64,000 nt of DNA from Paraspadella gotoi. Its lineage: Eukaryota > Animalia > Chaetognatha. Both the position numbers and the translations under genes were made by a program. Under the pieces are notes generated by a model, which saw only the letters and a list, made by a program, of their open reading frames with translations, was not told the DNA's origin and did no database searches. Numbering within the stretch: the stretch's first letter is position 1; every line of letters starts with the position of its first letter. Below, piece by piece: positions 1 through 15,555 of this stretch. The stretch is taken from assembly GCA_051294375.1 (NCBI GenBank), contig CM119264.1, positions 18,144,321 through 18,208,320 on the forward strand, given 5' to 3'.

Positions 1-1980
1 GTCTGTTCTCTCTTTTTCATTCCCTTATTATACGTATCTAAAAAAGCGAGGTTGGAAAGGAAATAGCACTTTTATCAGCGAAGAGAGGAAAAAGGAACAA
101 AATATGAGCACGAAGAGCAAAATAACAGGATGAAAGTTAGGATATAATATCACTACGGAACTGAGATATCGCAACAGCGTAAAAGCGACTAAAGAGAACA
201 AAAAAAAAAAATTACAAAGAACAAAAAAAAAAAAAAAAAATAAAAAAAACTTAGAGTAATACAGAATAGAAAAGGAAGACTGCGAGGAACGAGGAACTTA
301 ATGGACAGGCGAGCAAAAGAGAGAGAGCGAGAGAGATTATGTAGAAGGAGGAAAAAAAAAGAGGAGCAGAGAGAGAAAAAAAAAATTAAAAGGAATTTTT
401 ATGGTGAGAAGGAAGCCCGGAGCCGGCGAGGCAGGAAGACAGAACAGAAACGAGACCAAAGGACGAAACGACGAGCAAAGAACCAAATCAAGGACACTCG
501 GGACATAACCAAAATGGGGAGGAGCAAGAAGCCGGGAGAGGAGCGAGAGAAAGGGTTCCGAAGGAAATTCAAGAGAAGGGAATACGACCGGGAATTCAAA
601 AAGCCTTGAGGAAAGGGATGATCAAATCGAGAGACTGGCTGGTTATTAGAGACGTATCAGGAACAACAGGTATGAGTGGTGAAAAAACTAGACGACGTAA
701 TGATTAAATGGATCAAACACTATAGTGAGGCAGAAAAGAAAGGAAGGGGAAGGAATTCTAAGGACTAGAGAACAAATCACAAAAATAGCGACGGATATTT
801 TAAATTTCCGTAAGAAGTAAAAAAAGAGGATTCCTAAAATTAGCGACGTCTTATACTTTCATTAAAAAGAACCCTTTAAGAATCATCGATGATCAAACGA
901 TAACAGCAAGAGTTATCGAGCATTCAGTGACGATCAAAATTGTGAAAAATATCCTCACTAGACTGGTTTAAACGGACGATTTCGACAGCTATTTAGTCAC
1001 GAAAAACAGTGTAATTCGATTAGACTTAAGAGGAAAAATCAAGTTGACATTAAATGTTTGGAATTGTAGAAAAATCTAATCACTTGTTTATCATTCATAA
1101 TATGTTCTAAAAATTAAATAGATTTAATTTTTAACAATTTCATTGAGAATCAGAGAGAAGTCGAGAAAGAAAATAGCTAATAAATAACAGAAAGAAAGAA
1201 CGAGAGACGAGAGAGAGACGAGAGAGAGAGACGACACGGAATGAGAGAGAGAGGAGAGAGAGAGAGGAGAGGAGATGAGGAGAGGAGAAGAGCAGAGAGA
1301 GTAGCAGGATAGCTTTATGACTTCTGACGTTTGTCAACTGAGTTCCTTCTTTTTCTTGTCTCGGGCCATTGAAGAGCGTCCTCCAGAACTCTTGCTTGGA
1401 TCTTTTTTTACAACCATGGCTCGAAGAACAACAATCAACAATGGCAAATGACCCACCACCAACCAGGCAAAACTTCGTCAAGAAGCTCCTTTCTCTTTTC
1501 TCTCTTCTCTCTCTTGTGCTTTTTTCCTTTCTTTCTCGACCGGCTTGGACGACGAAGGTCGGAGTGGGAGTTGCAACGAGGGCGGTTTGGCGGCAGTCGG
1601 AACCCTCCGTAATGGTTTTGACATGATTATACTTCATTCGTCTTTTCATGTCTTCTTTCAAGCGCTCGCTTATATTTCAAGCCGTAAATAAACGTTAACC
1701 GATTCTGTTTAGAGCTTTAATTTAATCGAGATGTAATATCAATTTAATCTTCTTAAAAAATAAGCTAGCGATCGTCTGTTTAATGTTAAATAGTAAACAC
1801 AGACATTGAGCGCCTTTTCTATTCCCACATCCTTTTCAGTTTTTATCAGTAAGTTTTTCAATTCCTTATGTTAGGGTTTCAAGAATTAAAGAGTTGAAAT
1901 AAGCGATGAAGTAAAATAATGCCCGCCTATCTAATTATAAGATGCAGCTTGTAGCGAGATGCACAACATCCTTGTATATC
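1..1980 (+). repeat. Noisy ~1.9-kb duplicate of 6670-8522 (probable assembly artefact)
   Basis: Colinear shared anchors (tatctaaaaaagcgaggttggaaaggaaata; ggagtggga; aacgttaaccga; cctatctaat..cttgtatat). Differences are mostly indels, and the copy ends near the N-gap at 2091-2286. Confidence 0.85.
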
Positions 1981-1989
1981 TCTCTCTTT

Positions 1990-2022
<33 letters not shown>

Positions 2023-3359
2023 TTCGAAGTTTGAGTTGGAAATGAAAACAAGTCTCAGCTTGAGATTTCGAAACCCCGGGTCGGCGGCGGNNNNNNNNNN
2101 NNNNNNNNNNNNNNNNNNNNNNNNNNNNNNNNNNNNNNNNNNNNNNNNNNNNNNNNNNNNNNNNNNNNNNNNNNNNNNNNNNNNNNNNNNNNNNNNNNNN
2201 NNNNNNNNNNNNNNNNNNNNNNNNNNNNNNNNNNNNNNNNNNNNNNNNNNNNNNNNNNNNNNNNNNNNNNNNNNNNNNNNNNNNNNGGGTGGAATTTTGG
2301 AAATGAATAGAAAAGGTTGGAGGAAAAGGAGGCGGGAGGAGAAAGAATAGAGAGAAGGCGTAAAAATCGAAGAGCACGGGTTACAGGGGCGAACAGAATA
2401 GAAATTTAAAAGAGACGTCGTAGTTGGTAAAGTGTCACTTGGAAATAACGCTGAAGCATCATTTATATTTTCCAAATAGATTTTAAAGTTTTAATCTTAT
2501 ATTTTTGTAACATGTTAACAACGAATGAACTAATCAAGCCTTACGAAGAATTAAATAAAAAACGGAGAGAGAAAGAAAGAGGGAGAGAGGGATAAGACTG
2601 AGGGCTTTTTTCATAATCTGGTGGATTCTGGCGATTCACAATTATTCACCTGTTCACGCCTTTCACCCGATAATCCTTATATATAACTATATATAATGTG
2701 TATATAATTATACAATATATATAATACTATATAGTCTACAAATATTTTTATAATAATTAAAAATCAACTGATCAGTGATCAGTCGAGGCGACAGTTTCAG
2801 TTAGTAGTTATTTTTGTCTCTAGTTGTTAGATTTGTTTTTTCCCCCGTGTTTGTATATCATTTTACATTTAACATAAATATTTTCGCCTTAAACTCGCTA
2901 CTCAATCGAGTTCCTATTTTCTAGTTTCAATTTTTTCTCTGGATTCGTGGATCCTCGAATTAAAAATCTCGATGATTATTTAAAAAGGTTGATTAAAAGG
3001 CGGAGGATGTATAAATAAACGTTGATTGAGACGAGAGGATCGCATTAATCGTTTAAGAATAATAACATGCATTGTTTTTAATTTTTGTTCGCGAGATTAG
3101 ATCCTATGAATTCTCCCGAATTTCCAAATGTAGAGCAACAAATTGAATCTTGTACTCTGAGAGAAATGGAGAGCATCGACACGAAATGCACCGCACGCCA
3201 CTTTTCATCAATAGGAGACGTCAATGGAAAAAGCTTTGAAAGGATCGAGAGGAAGAGTTCTTTTCAACGCCACCGCCAATTTCGCTCCTTTTAAGGAATA
3301 TGTATTTTCCGTTTCCTGTCTCAAAATTGTTCTCCTTGGCTTTCTCTACTTAGTCTTAG

Positions 3360-3590
3360 TTGAGCTTTTTATTTGTCACTCTCATATTCTACTTCTTGTT
3401 TGCCATTTAAAAGATATGATTCTTGTTTACAATTTCAAAGTTCTGCTTATTATTTGCCACTTCGACAATTTCTCGTTTGCCACTTCAAAGTTGCGCTTGA
3501 GTATTGAATTTCTATTTATTCACTTAGACTTAACACTTCCCTTTTGCCACCTCAATGTTGCACATCTTGTTTACGGTTTCATCAAAGTCT
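3360..3590 (-). repeat. Degenerate ~27-bp tandem repeat
   Basis: The recurring minus-strand unit aactttgaagtggcaaacaagaag(nnn) is seen on the plus strand as repeated tttgccac/ttgtttac. Confidence 0.6.
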
Positions 3591-4167
3591 TCGTCGCCAA
3601 ACAGAAAAACATTCCGTTCCAGTCCGACGCGAAACGACGACGACGACGACGACGACGAAGGCGAAGTCACCAACAACAAAGAAGAAGATGAAAACAGTGA
3701 GCCTCTCGATAGTGATGAAGGGGAATAGAATAAAAATAAGTCACAAAAGAACTTTCGTGACAAGAGGGTTCCGTGACGATCCCATTGACCAAATCCGAGG
3801 GTGACGACGACGACGACGATTCCGACGACTATGATGGCAACAACGACAACGCCGATAACAACGACGACGACGCCACCCACGCGTTTTCGGCGTCGTTGAG
3901 ACAGAATTGGATCCAATCAAATAAGAGGATCTCGTCGAGAAACACGACAACGATAATAACAACGTCGACGAGAGTGCGACGAGGACGACGATCCCGAAAA
4001 AAAACGCGGCAACCGACGATTACGTCAACACCGTTAAGAGTCTTTACGATCGACAACGAGGCAGACTCCATCCGACTCCATTTCCGATAACAAAGTCGCT
4101 TTCATTTCAAACGTCGAACTTAATTTCTCTTTCGCGAAGAGCCACGCAGTCTCTCTCTCTCTTCTCT

Positions 4168-4279
<112 letters not shown>

Positions 4280-5832
4280 GGGCGATATACTAAAGCGAGC
4301 GTTCGAAGGCCCGAATTGAATTATTCGGTTCTATTAACTCCTAATCGATAACGGGTGCCACTCACTGCTACTCGCTGCCTCAAACTATCGCTCACTGCCG
4401 CACTCTGCCGCCCCGTCCTTCGATTGCCATCTTCCCTCGTTTTAACCGGGTTTGCGCAACAGTGCGTTCGGCTTTCATCGGTCATCCCCCTCCTCCCTTT
4501 CTCCACCGCCACCCAAACCAACCAAATTCCGCTCTCATGTTGTCGTCTCAAAGTTTGGTTCCATTCCGTTCTGTGTTTTTCTCATCGGACGTCGGATTTC
4601 CGGTTCGGCGTCTTCGTCGTCTTTGTCGTCGTCGTAGTTTTCTTCATTAAATTCTGTTTCTCTGATTGCCTCATCTTATTAATTTGATAGATTTTGCAGA
4701 ATGCTGTTTTGTTTTATTGGGATATGTCAACACTTTTAATATTAATTATTCCGTGGGTAACATTTTTATATTTAACTAAGAATTGAATCCAAGATTCAAA
4801 TTTCGTTGATCTGTTCAATTGTTCTCCCTATCTGAGTTGTCTCTATTCACTATCTTCTCCAACCACCTTAATCGTCCACCCAAGCTCCTCACCCATCCAC
4901 CCATCCACCCATCCACCCATCCACCCATCCACGCCGCTCCTGACCCAAAACTGTTTTTGTCTCCGTTGATTTTCAAAGACTTGCAAATAGAGTTTGTCAA
5001 TTAAAGAGAAAGAAAAAAATTCTCTGATAAACAAACTTGGAATATCTTTTCTTTCGACGAAATCGAAAGAAAGGAGGAAGCGAAATAGAAAGAAGAGAAG
5101 AAGACTGATGTAGTAAAACAATATCTTGATAATGAATCACTAAGTCATTCACTAGGGAAAAGAAAAAACCAAATCAAAATTTCAAAATAAAATGTTTTGT
5201 ATCTACGTTTAAAACTCCAATTTAAACTAAATTTAATTTCTTAAGAATCTTCATCTTAATTTCCAAACTCCAGAGCGTTGATGGTGTTATTGCGAAGATA
5301 ATCAAACTTTTATTAACAAAATCATGAGAAGCCGACTCATCTCCGCCGCCGCTGCGTTTACCGCTGCTGCTACTGCTACTGCCGAGACAGAATAAGACGA
5401 TATTAACTGGGACTTGATTAGCTTAAGCCGCAAACTTAATCCACAAAAATGAGGCCACGCGAGATGAGAGGAAAAAAAAAACATTGCGTCGGCGGCGATA
5501 GTAATTTGTTGCTCGATAAATAACCCCGAAGAGATTAAGTCTCCGAGGCTTGGGGAAGAGAAGAAAAACTTTTTCAAGTTATTTTTATCTTCGAGATATA
5601 TAATCATTTAGATTTACACGTACGAAGAAAATTGATTCGCCGAAAAAGAAAGTACATCATGTGTTTTGGAAATAAAGTGTATAGTGAATACTGTCCAAAA
5701 GCATTTTGAGATGGAAAGAACGAAAGACCAAGGACGGAAAGGGTTGGAAACGATAACGCGGCTCTCAACTCAAAGGAGATTTACCACCGACGATTTGGCG
5801 CGGAGATGATTTTGAGTTGATTGTGGCTGGAG

Positions 5833-5918
<86 letters not shown>

Positions 5919-6669
5919 TTAAGAGTTGGGCCTGATGGATTCGATGCATTAAGGAACTATGGGGAGACCAGATGGAGAAAGAGGGGAGGATGAGGCTCGA
6001 AAAGTGGTTAGTGGCATTTTCCTGGTGGGCGGTGGCATCAATGGAATAAAATGAGACATCAAATGGTATTGTACACCTAAATATTGTATTATTTTTCACA
6101 ACGATTTCATGATTGAATTGTGCGACGACTCCTTTTGTAAAAGACTCCGTCATTCCGACGTCACTCCGTCTCTTCGCCGGACGAGGAAGAGTCGCGAATT
6201 AATGGCGATTGCTTTGGCATTCGCGGCCGCCGCAGCTGTCCGCCACCGCCGCCGCATCTGCTGCCGTCACTGACGCAGTTGCAGTCAACAAGATGCAGCC
6301 GCGAGCGCGGGAACGTTCTTCGTCTTCCCACGCCCGTTGACCAAGTCGTCGTCGTCGTCGGCCGGGCCGACTTCCGGCGCAAGGACGACGGACGAAGGTA
6401 TAGCAATCGGCCAGTCATTTGACTGCGTAGGATGTCAACCAGGTGGTAAGTTTAAAAAAAAGTTTAAGGAGCCAACTGAAAAAAGTATGAAACGCCGGAC
6501 TGACAGGCTGACATACTGACTACTCGATGAACCGACTGTCTCAACGGATCAACGGATCGAGTGTCCGCTTCGGCTTCGCTGCTTGTCCCGTTAAAAATGA
6601 TGACTTCAGCAAAAATAAGAATGAGCGGTTTTTCCCCTTCTTTTTCTTCTTCGTGGGCTTCTTTTTTTC

Positions 6670-8522
<1,853 letters not shown>

Positions 8523-8611
8523 GACATGTAAAAAAATTCACGAGAGTTAGTGAAAATAAAAAACGTTGGGCGAAGGCGAACCAAATTTTTTTTTCTTCAG
8601 TCTCAACGCTG

Positions 8612-8649
<38 letters not shown>

Positions 8650-8795
8650 GCTCTCCTCCTCTCTCTCTCTCTTGCCACTACACCCAACCTTGTTCGCAAA
8701 TCGCTCTTTCCAAATATCCTTCTCACGCGATGGAACCAAAGACGATCGTCTGAGAGTCGATACCAGTTTTTTTTATTCCAGACTCGTCGACCAAA

Positions 8796-8841
<46 letters not shown>

Positions 8842-10430
8842 AGAGAGAGAGGAGAAGTAGCAGCTGAGAGAGAGAGAGAGAGAGTAGAGAGAGAGAGGGA
8901 GAGGAAGAGAGGAATCTTTTGATATCGTCATGCAAATGAGCTTTTCGACAACAACAAACTATTTAACTGTTACACGACGCCCACCAGAATGTGGCGAAAC
9001 TGATACAATCGATTCCGATGAAAGGGAGGAAAGAAAAAAAAAAGAAAAAGAAAAAGAATGGAAAAGACTTTGTAGAGAGAGAGAAAGAGCTTTTTAAAAA
9101 GAAAAAGAAAATTGAAGAAACCAAAAGAGAAAATCATCAGAATGAAGGAAAAAAAAAACAATCGAAGCAAACATAAACAAACAAAATAAACGAGTTACGA
9201 CAAAAAAAATTTAAAGGAAGAAAGGAAAAATAAAGGGAAAAAAAAGGACGAAAGACCAAAGAAAGAAAGAAAATAGTATCAAAGTAGGGAGGAAAGGGCG
9301 GGACAGCCACAGGGCGCCGGCATGAAACAAGGGTGGAAAAGACATGAAAGAGGGATCAAGCCCCCACGCCATCTCCCAAGGTCGAAGAAAATCGAAAATG
9401 CGCCTAATGACGACTCCCACTTTTTTTGGTGGGGGAGTATTTTGATGGAAATCTAAGTGAGGGGGAGATGAGAGAACTTAAAAGGTCCTTCTGGTGATTG
9501 TGGCTGAGATGTACGGTTTACGGAGGTTTTCCTGTACCGATTCGTTTTCAAAGGAAACAGGTTCCGATGTGGAAGAGAATTTGTTATGCAAGTAAAAAAC
9601 GAGCTTTTTCTCATGTTATAGATGTCATTTTATTTACATTGAGGATTTATGTAAATCCAAATTTTTGTTGACGATAATTTACAAAACTTTCGACAAAATA
9701 GTAACCAATGCGTACAAAATAATTCAAAAGGAAAAAGATTTATCCCGAGAGAAAATGGTTAAAAGTTGGATAAAAGAAAAATGAGGATTGCGAATAGAAA
9801 AGTGGAGAACGGGGCTTAAGATCAGTCGAAATCAATGGAACTCGCAGAGCGACGCATTGGTGCCACCAATGTTGGGTCCAACGTCGGGTGAGTCTCTGGC
9901 TGATGGAAGAGAGACGTTTGGCTGGCAATGGGACGTTGAGAGGGGAATTGGGGACCGAGGGAAAGGAAGTGGGGACGTAAAAAGGGAAAGAGGGGACGAA
10001 GATTGGGGGATTGACGGCTGGAACCGCGAAGCGGATCCAAAGACATATCTATTACTCATATATGTATAATATATATATATATATTATGCGTAAATTTGAC
10101 TCTACTCTCTACCAATTTTAAAGTTATGCGCCGCCAGAAAAAAAATAATGGAAGAGTGAATATGTATATTTGCGGAGGTGGATTGGGTAATGGGTAGAGA
10201 GAGAGAGAGAGAATTTTTGAATTTTTGAATTTATTCAATGGGGCTTTAGGCCAAAAATAAACAATAGGCCATAAAAAGCTACTTTATTACATTTAAGTCT
10301 ACGAATTTAGGCATCATCATGAAATCTTTCCGATTTACAATTTATGCATGTATTTTCCCTTTGTAAATAATCCCATCCAAAAGCGTTTCGATAGGTGAAA
10401 TGTTTGTCTGAAGAAGAAGGAGAGAGAGAA

Positions 10431-10527
<97 letters not shown>

Positions 10528-10918
10528 AGAGAGAGGAGACAAGATCGACGTAAAGACATGCAAACAAACTAACAGACGTCCGAGCGAGAGAATTTGAAGC
10601 GTCATGACTTTTTAAAAAAAATAAGTTTCTAATTAGTTTAAGGGTAAGTGAGCCGATAAAACCTGGTATGGGTTTGATGAGAAAATCAGGAAAAGACAAA
10701 CACAGACGGAACTTGAAAGGAGTTTCAGCTTCGTCCTCCTTTCTCCACTTTTCTCACGCCCGCTCAGACTCACGATTTTTATGGAGTTTGTGAAAGCGGA
10801 ACCAATCGAAAGTGGAAAGAAAAGAAAGCAGAAAATTCGTCGTAATCGATTATGTACCACCGATTTCGTTGATGTGATTTCGCAGAATCGCAGCCCATAG
10901 TGGAGAGAGAGAAAGAGA

Positions 10919-10994
<76 letters not shown>

Positions 10995-11118
10995 CGAGAT
11001 CAGCGTTGAGAATCAAATGGACTCTGATAAACATCAAAATGATTAAAAATTCCCGGGAATAAGTCACGTGGATCTCGAAGGACCGGGAGGAAAAAAGGGA
11101 ATTAATCAGATCCGAGAA

Positions 11119-11186
<68 letters not shown>

Positions 11187-11317
11187 TAAAGAGGGAGAAA
11201 AAGAAATTAAAGAGAAAACAACTTTTGAATCTAAAGAGGGAGAAAAGGGAAGAGGAGGAAAACAGAGCGGAATGAGGATAACGAGCAAAAAAAGGAGAAA
11301 GAGAGACCGAAAGCAAA

Positions 11318-11351
11318 GAAAGAAAGAAGAGAAAGAAAGAAAAAAAAGAAA

Positions 11352-11392
<41 letters not shown>

Positions 11393-11444
11393 AGAAAAAA
11401 GAAAGAAAGAAAGAAAGAGAAAAAAAAGAGAGAAAAAAGAAGCA

Positions 11445-11481
<37 letters not shown>

Positions 11482-11550
11482 AAAAAAAAGAAGAAAAAAA
11501 GCAGGAAAGAAAGAAAGAAAGAAAGAAAATAAAAGAAAAAAGAAAAGAGA
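11318..11550. repeat. (AAAG)n microsatellite
   Basis: Imperfect AAAG run; another at 51160-51255. Confidence 0.9.
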
Positions 11551-14500
11551 GCGCTTTCGCGATTGGCGGGAGAACTTGCAATTCACGCAGAACTCAAGTT
11601 TTACTGATTCAATCTAATTGAGTCAAACCCATTGGTTCCAATGAATAGAGTTGAAGCGGTAACGTGTCCCCGTCATCCCCTCGAGTGGTCGAGAATTCAA
11701 ATTAGCACGAAAAATTTAATTTATTACATTAGTAATCATATAAAACTCGAATATTTACATAGTATTATTAGTGATAATTACTCAAAAGGAAATTAAAATG
11801 CAAGTATGCAACAATGAAAAATAACGTGGCGAAACGGTCTGCGTGCTGATTTGTGGTCGCTTTGTTAAAATTGTTTCTGAGGCCAAATTTAACGTTGATC
11901 AATTACTTTGGAATATGGCGATATACACTACTGGACATTCACTGTATCTGACATAAAACCCTTGACCATCAACAAAAAAATGCTTAACTAGATCAAAAAT
12001 AGTAAAAAGATGCAGAGCAATATAGCCTCGAAACGCTTCAAAAGATTTTAGACCATTGCTTTTATAGAATGCAAAAAAATATAATATTATTAAAACAAAA
12101 CTTTAAACGTATACACGCTAGATAGTTAGACGCGAACCGCGATTGAATATTTTTTACCCAAGTCATTTCCTTCTAAGTTTATATGAAATCATTTTTTGTA
12201 TATTAGTGCAATAATCTAAATAACAATATGACAGAAATTCATTTTTAATTTTCTTTATGAATGGGACAAGTTTTCCTTGCTTTACTTCCCCTTATGTCTA
12301 ATTTTTAATCATTTTTAAAGGTATTCTTCAAAACCTTATAATAAATTACTATATTTCGAGCGCTTTTTTCTTCAAATTCTTTCAAACAAAAACAACATAA
12401 AAAACATTTTAAATTAATAAAAAAAAAATTGGATTGAATGAATTTTGGAAAACAATATTTTGAAACTTGAGAATAATGGATTATGAGTCAGGAAAAAAAA
12501 TTGCAATCTAAAAAAATCAACCTTTTGCCTTTCAATTTTCTAGAGGCTGATTTTTTTATTTTTTTTGATATTGTGAACTTTTCTATGGCAAAACGCATTA
12601 TTCTCAATGAGCATAGTTGTTGGACGGAAATTTTTTTGTCCAACAATGGAAAATGTTCAACTTTTGCAAGTTTAGGCCTTTTTTGTGGGGAGATAAATAA
12701 AAAATTTATTGATTATCGATGGGTTACATTCTGAAAGTGATATTGTTCTAAATGCACACAAATTTTCTTCAAGTTTTATTTTGAAATTAAAGTATTGTAC
12801 CATATAGAAATAAGTGAGATAGACTCCCGCTTTGCCAGAAATTTTTATTAACAAAAGATTTGTATGTCTAATTGTTAGAAGAAAAGTTATTTCTTATAGT
12901 GAAGTATGACTTTGAAAGAAAAGAGGTAGGCAAGTGATTTATCAAAAATTAAAATGCCCTAATCATGGACACCATTTCTAAAAGAGTTTTATTAAATTAA
13001 ATCCATAAATCTTTACACAGCTTTTGTTTTAAATCAGAATTAAAAGTATAACAGTTTTTTGCCTTTAAAAATTTTCAAATGAAGCATATGAAATGTTTTT
13101 ATTTTTCTTTTGTAATTTTGAAAAAGTAAGACTGAATTACATTTGTTTATTTTATTTTCTTTATTCGCATAAAATTGCTTATATTTTTTAGTTAAAGTAA
13201 AAAACAAGCAAAAATTTATGTTGTAGCTTGATAAAATTAATTTTTAAATATTAAAAATGATAAATACAAAAATGTTTCAGCTTGATATAAACAGTCTGGA
13301 CATCTACCTTCCTTGCTGTGGAAAAAAATCGTCATTTTTCATTATCTTTAACTGGCAAACTAAAAGCTTGACACACTGCTTGTTTATCATAATAAAGTTG
13401 TAAAAAATTATATAGCTGGTAACATATTTGACAAGCAAAACATCTCATTGTGTTAAATTGTATTGATAATTTTTTTTTAAATATAGCAAGGAATTTAATT
13501 CTATTAACTTATCATCCGTTTTAATTAAGAAAAAAAATTTCGCGAATAGCCATTGGCAAGGGTTCATTGACTGACTTAATGATGAAATTTTTTAGATTTC
13601 TTTACTGCCCCCATTTTACAAGAATATAAAAGGTCATGGTTATCATGTCAATAAGTCCAGATTAATCTGTACCCTTTCTGCAACCTGCATTCTAAATTTT
13701 TTTTTTTCCCTTTCAAATGTATTAAATAAAAAAAATTATTTGAAAGAAACATCGGCGTGGAGGATGCCATTGGTAAACCTTAGTTACCACCATTTCCGAT
13801 CGGAATTTTTAAATGAGGTTTTTTTTGCCATGCTATTGAGACATAACACTAACTATTAGTACCATTATTTTTTTTAATTTTTGTCTATTACAATTCTATA
13901 AATAAATATGAATAAGTAACTTTTTAAAAAAATTTCTCATCCTTCACCCTATATTCAGTCATATCTAAAAAACAAAAAAAGATTTTGCATTGATATTTTG
14001 GATATCAATATATGAAACTATAACATTTCAAAAAATAAAAAGAAATATAATAATATTGATCAGTGAATTTTTTTTATGCACGGAACAGTAACGTTACGCC
14101 ATTTTTCATTGTGTCATATAAACATTAAAATATTCTCAATTCGCTCACAAAGTTTGTTTGTTTGCCCTGATTTTTTCTTGGTCCCGATTTTGTTTTTCCC
14201 ACGAAAAAAAGAAAGAAAAAAAAAAGAACGAAAGACCCGATGGCCTCGAATCGGCGCCTTTGTTCTTCTGCCCCCATCCGACCTACGCGGGCCGTTCGTT
14301 CCCCACTCTCGCCGCTTGGGGCTTAATAGACCCTAACGTTCCTTCCAGACTGCGAGCGCCCCGGAAAGCCATCCACCCGCGCGCGGTTGAGAGTTGAGTG
14401 TTGAGTTGAGTGTTGAGAATCTCGCGTCTTTCTTTCTCCTCCCCTAAAACGGGTCCAGTGGCCACGCCCAACGAAAACCAACGACAAAAAAATCTCAGTC

Positions 14501-15437
14501 GTTCTTACCTAGTCTTATTTTTAACAATTCTCATCCTCGTAGTCATAAGTAAGTAAAGCCTCGTATCCAGTTTTCAAAATTATCTCATGACAAAGAGAAC
14601 TACCCGCCTCCGAAATCCTTTTCTTACCTCCACCGCCGCTGCCCTCGCCGCCGGTTTGGCGGACCGCTTCGGCAGCCGCTGCCGCCTCCGGATAAAAGAG
14701 GACAAAAAAAGGCGTTTGGCCTAGATTGGTTCACCGGCGCTAGCGCCGCTTCGCCGCCGCTCGCCGCCCGTCGTGGCCGGTTCACGCCGCGTTGGTCTTT
14801 GATGAACGGCAGAGGTGAGGGCTTGGTGGTGGCGGCAGCTGCGGGCGAGGTGGGTCCGAAGGATCAGGCAGTGTCGAAACGGTGGATACGCCTCGAATTT
14901 GGTTCAAAGTGGGTCAGGGTTAAATCGATAGTGGATTCTCATATGAAGGAGTTAAAGGGAGATTATGGAGGGAAGGACTAGAAAGATGATTTGAAGTTTC
15001 GAGGGCAGGAAGAATGCACGCGGCGCCTGAGGCGGTGGGAAGCGGCGTTGTCAGTGGCGTTGGCGGCTCGGTGATTTACTCAGCGAACCAGAGAACCAGA
15101 ATTAAAAAAAAAAAAAGAAATCCTGGGTCAGGGCCAACAACCGGTCGTTCGGTCCTTTGGTTCCCTTTTTCTCTTATCTTCTACTCGGTGATATATAAGT
15201 TCGATCGAATCGCTATCGTCTCGAAATGAGATGAGAGGCAGAGCAAGATTAATAAGCAAAGTAATCTATATAAATTAACGATGATGAAGCGATGATGTCA
15301 GCGACGAACGCGACGACCACGGAAAAAGGGCATAAGTGGATCGAGTCTCACAGCTGACGACAGAGACGTGCGCCATTTCGTGAAGACACTTAGAATGATT
15401 TGAGAGAGAGAGAGAGAGAGAGAGAAGAGAGAGAGAG

Positions 15438-15555
<118 letters not shown>

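Noticed and set aside
3773-4090. Asp/Thr-rich ORF
   Set aside because: Driven by GAC/AAC repeats, with no homology cue or supported splice sites.
10633-11586. 317-aa ORF and the many similar SL/RE/K-rich ORFs (e.g. 58756-59541, 60936-61916)
   Set aside because: They are translations of AG/CT/AAAG microsatellites, which lack stop codons.
12000-14050. AT-rich stretch as a decayed transposase
   Set aside because: No recognisable motifs, termini or TSD.
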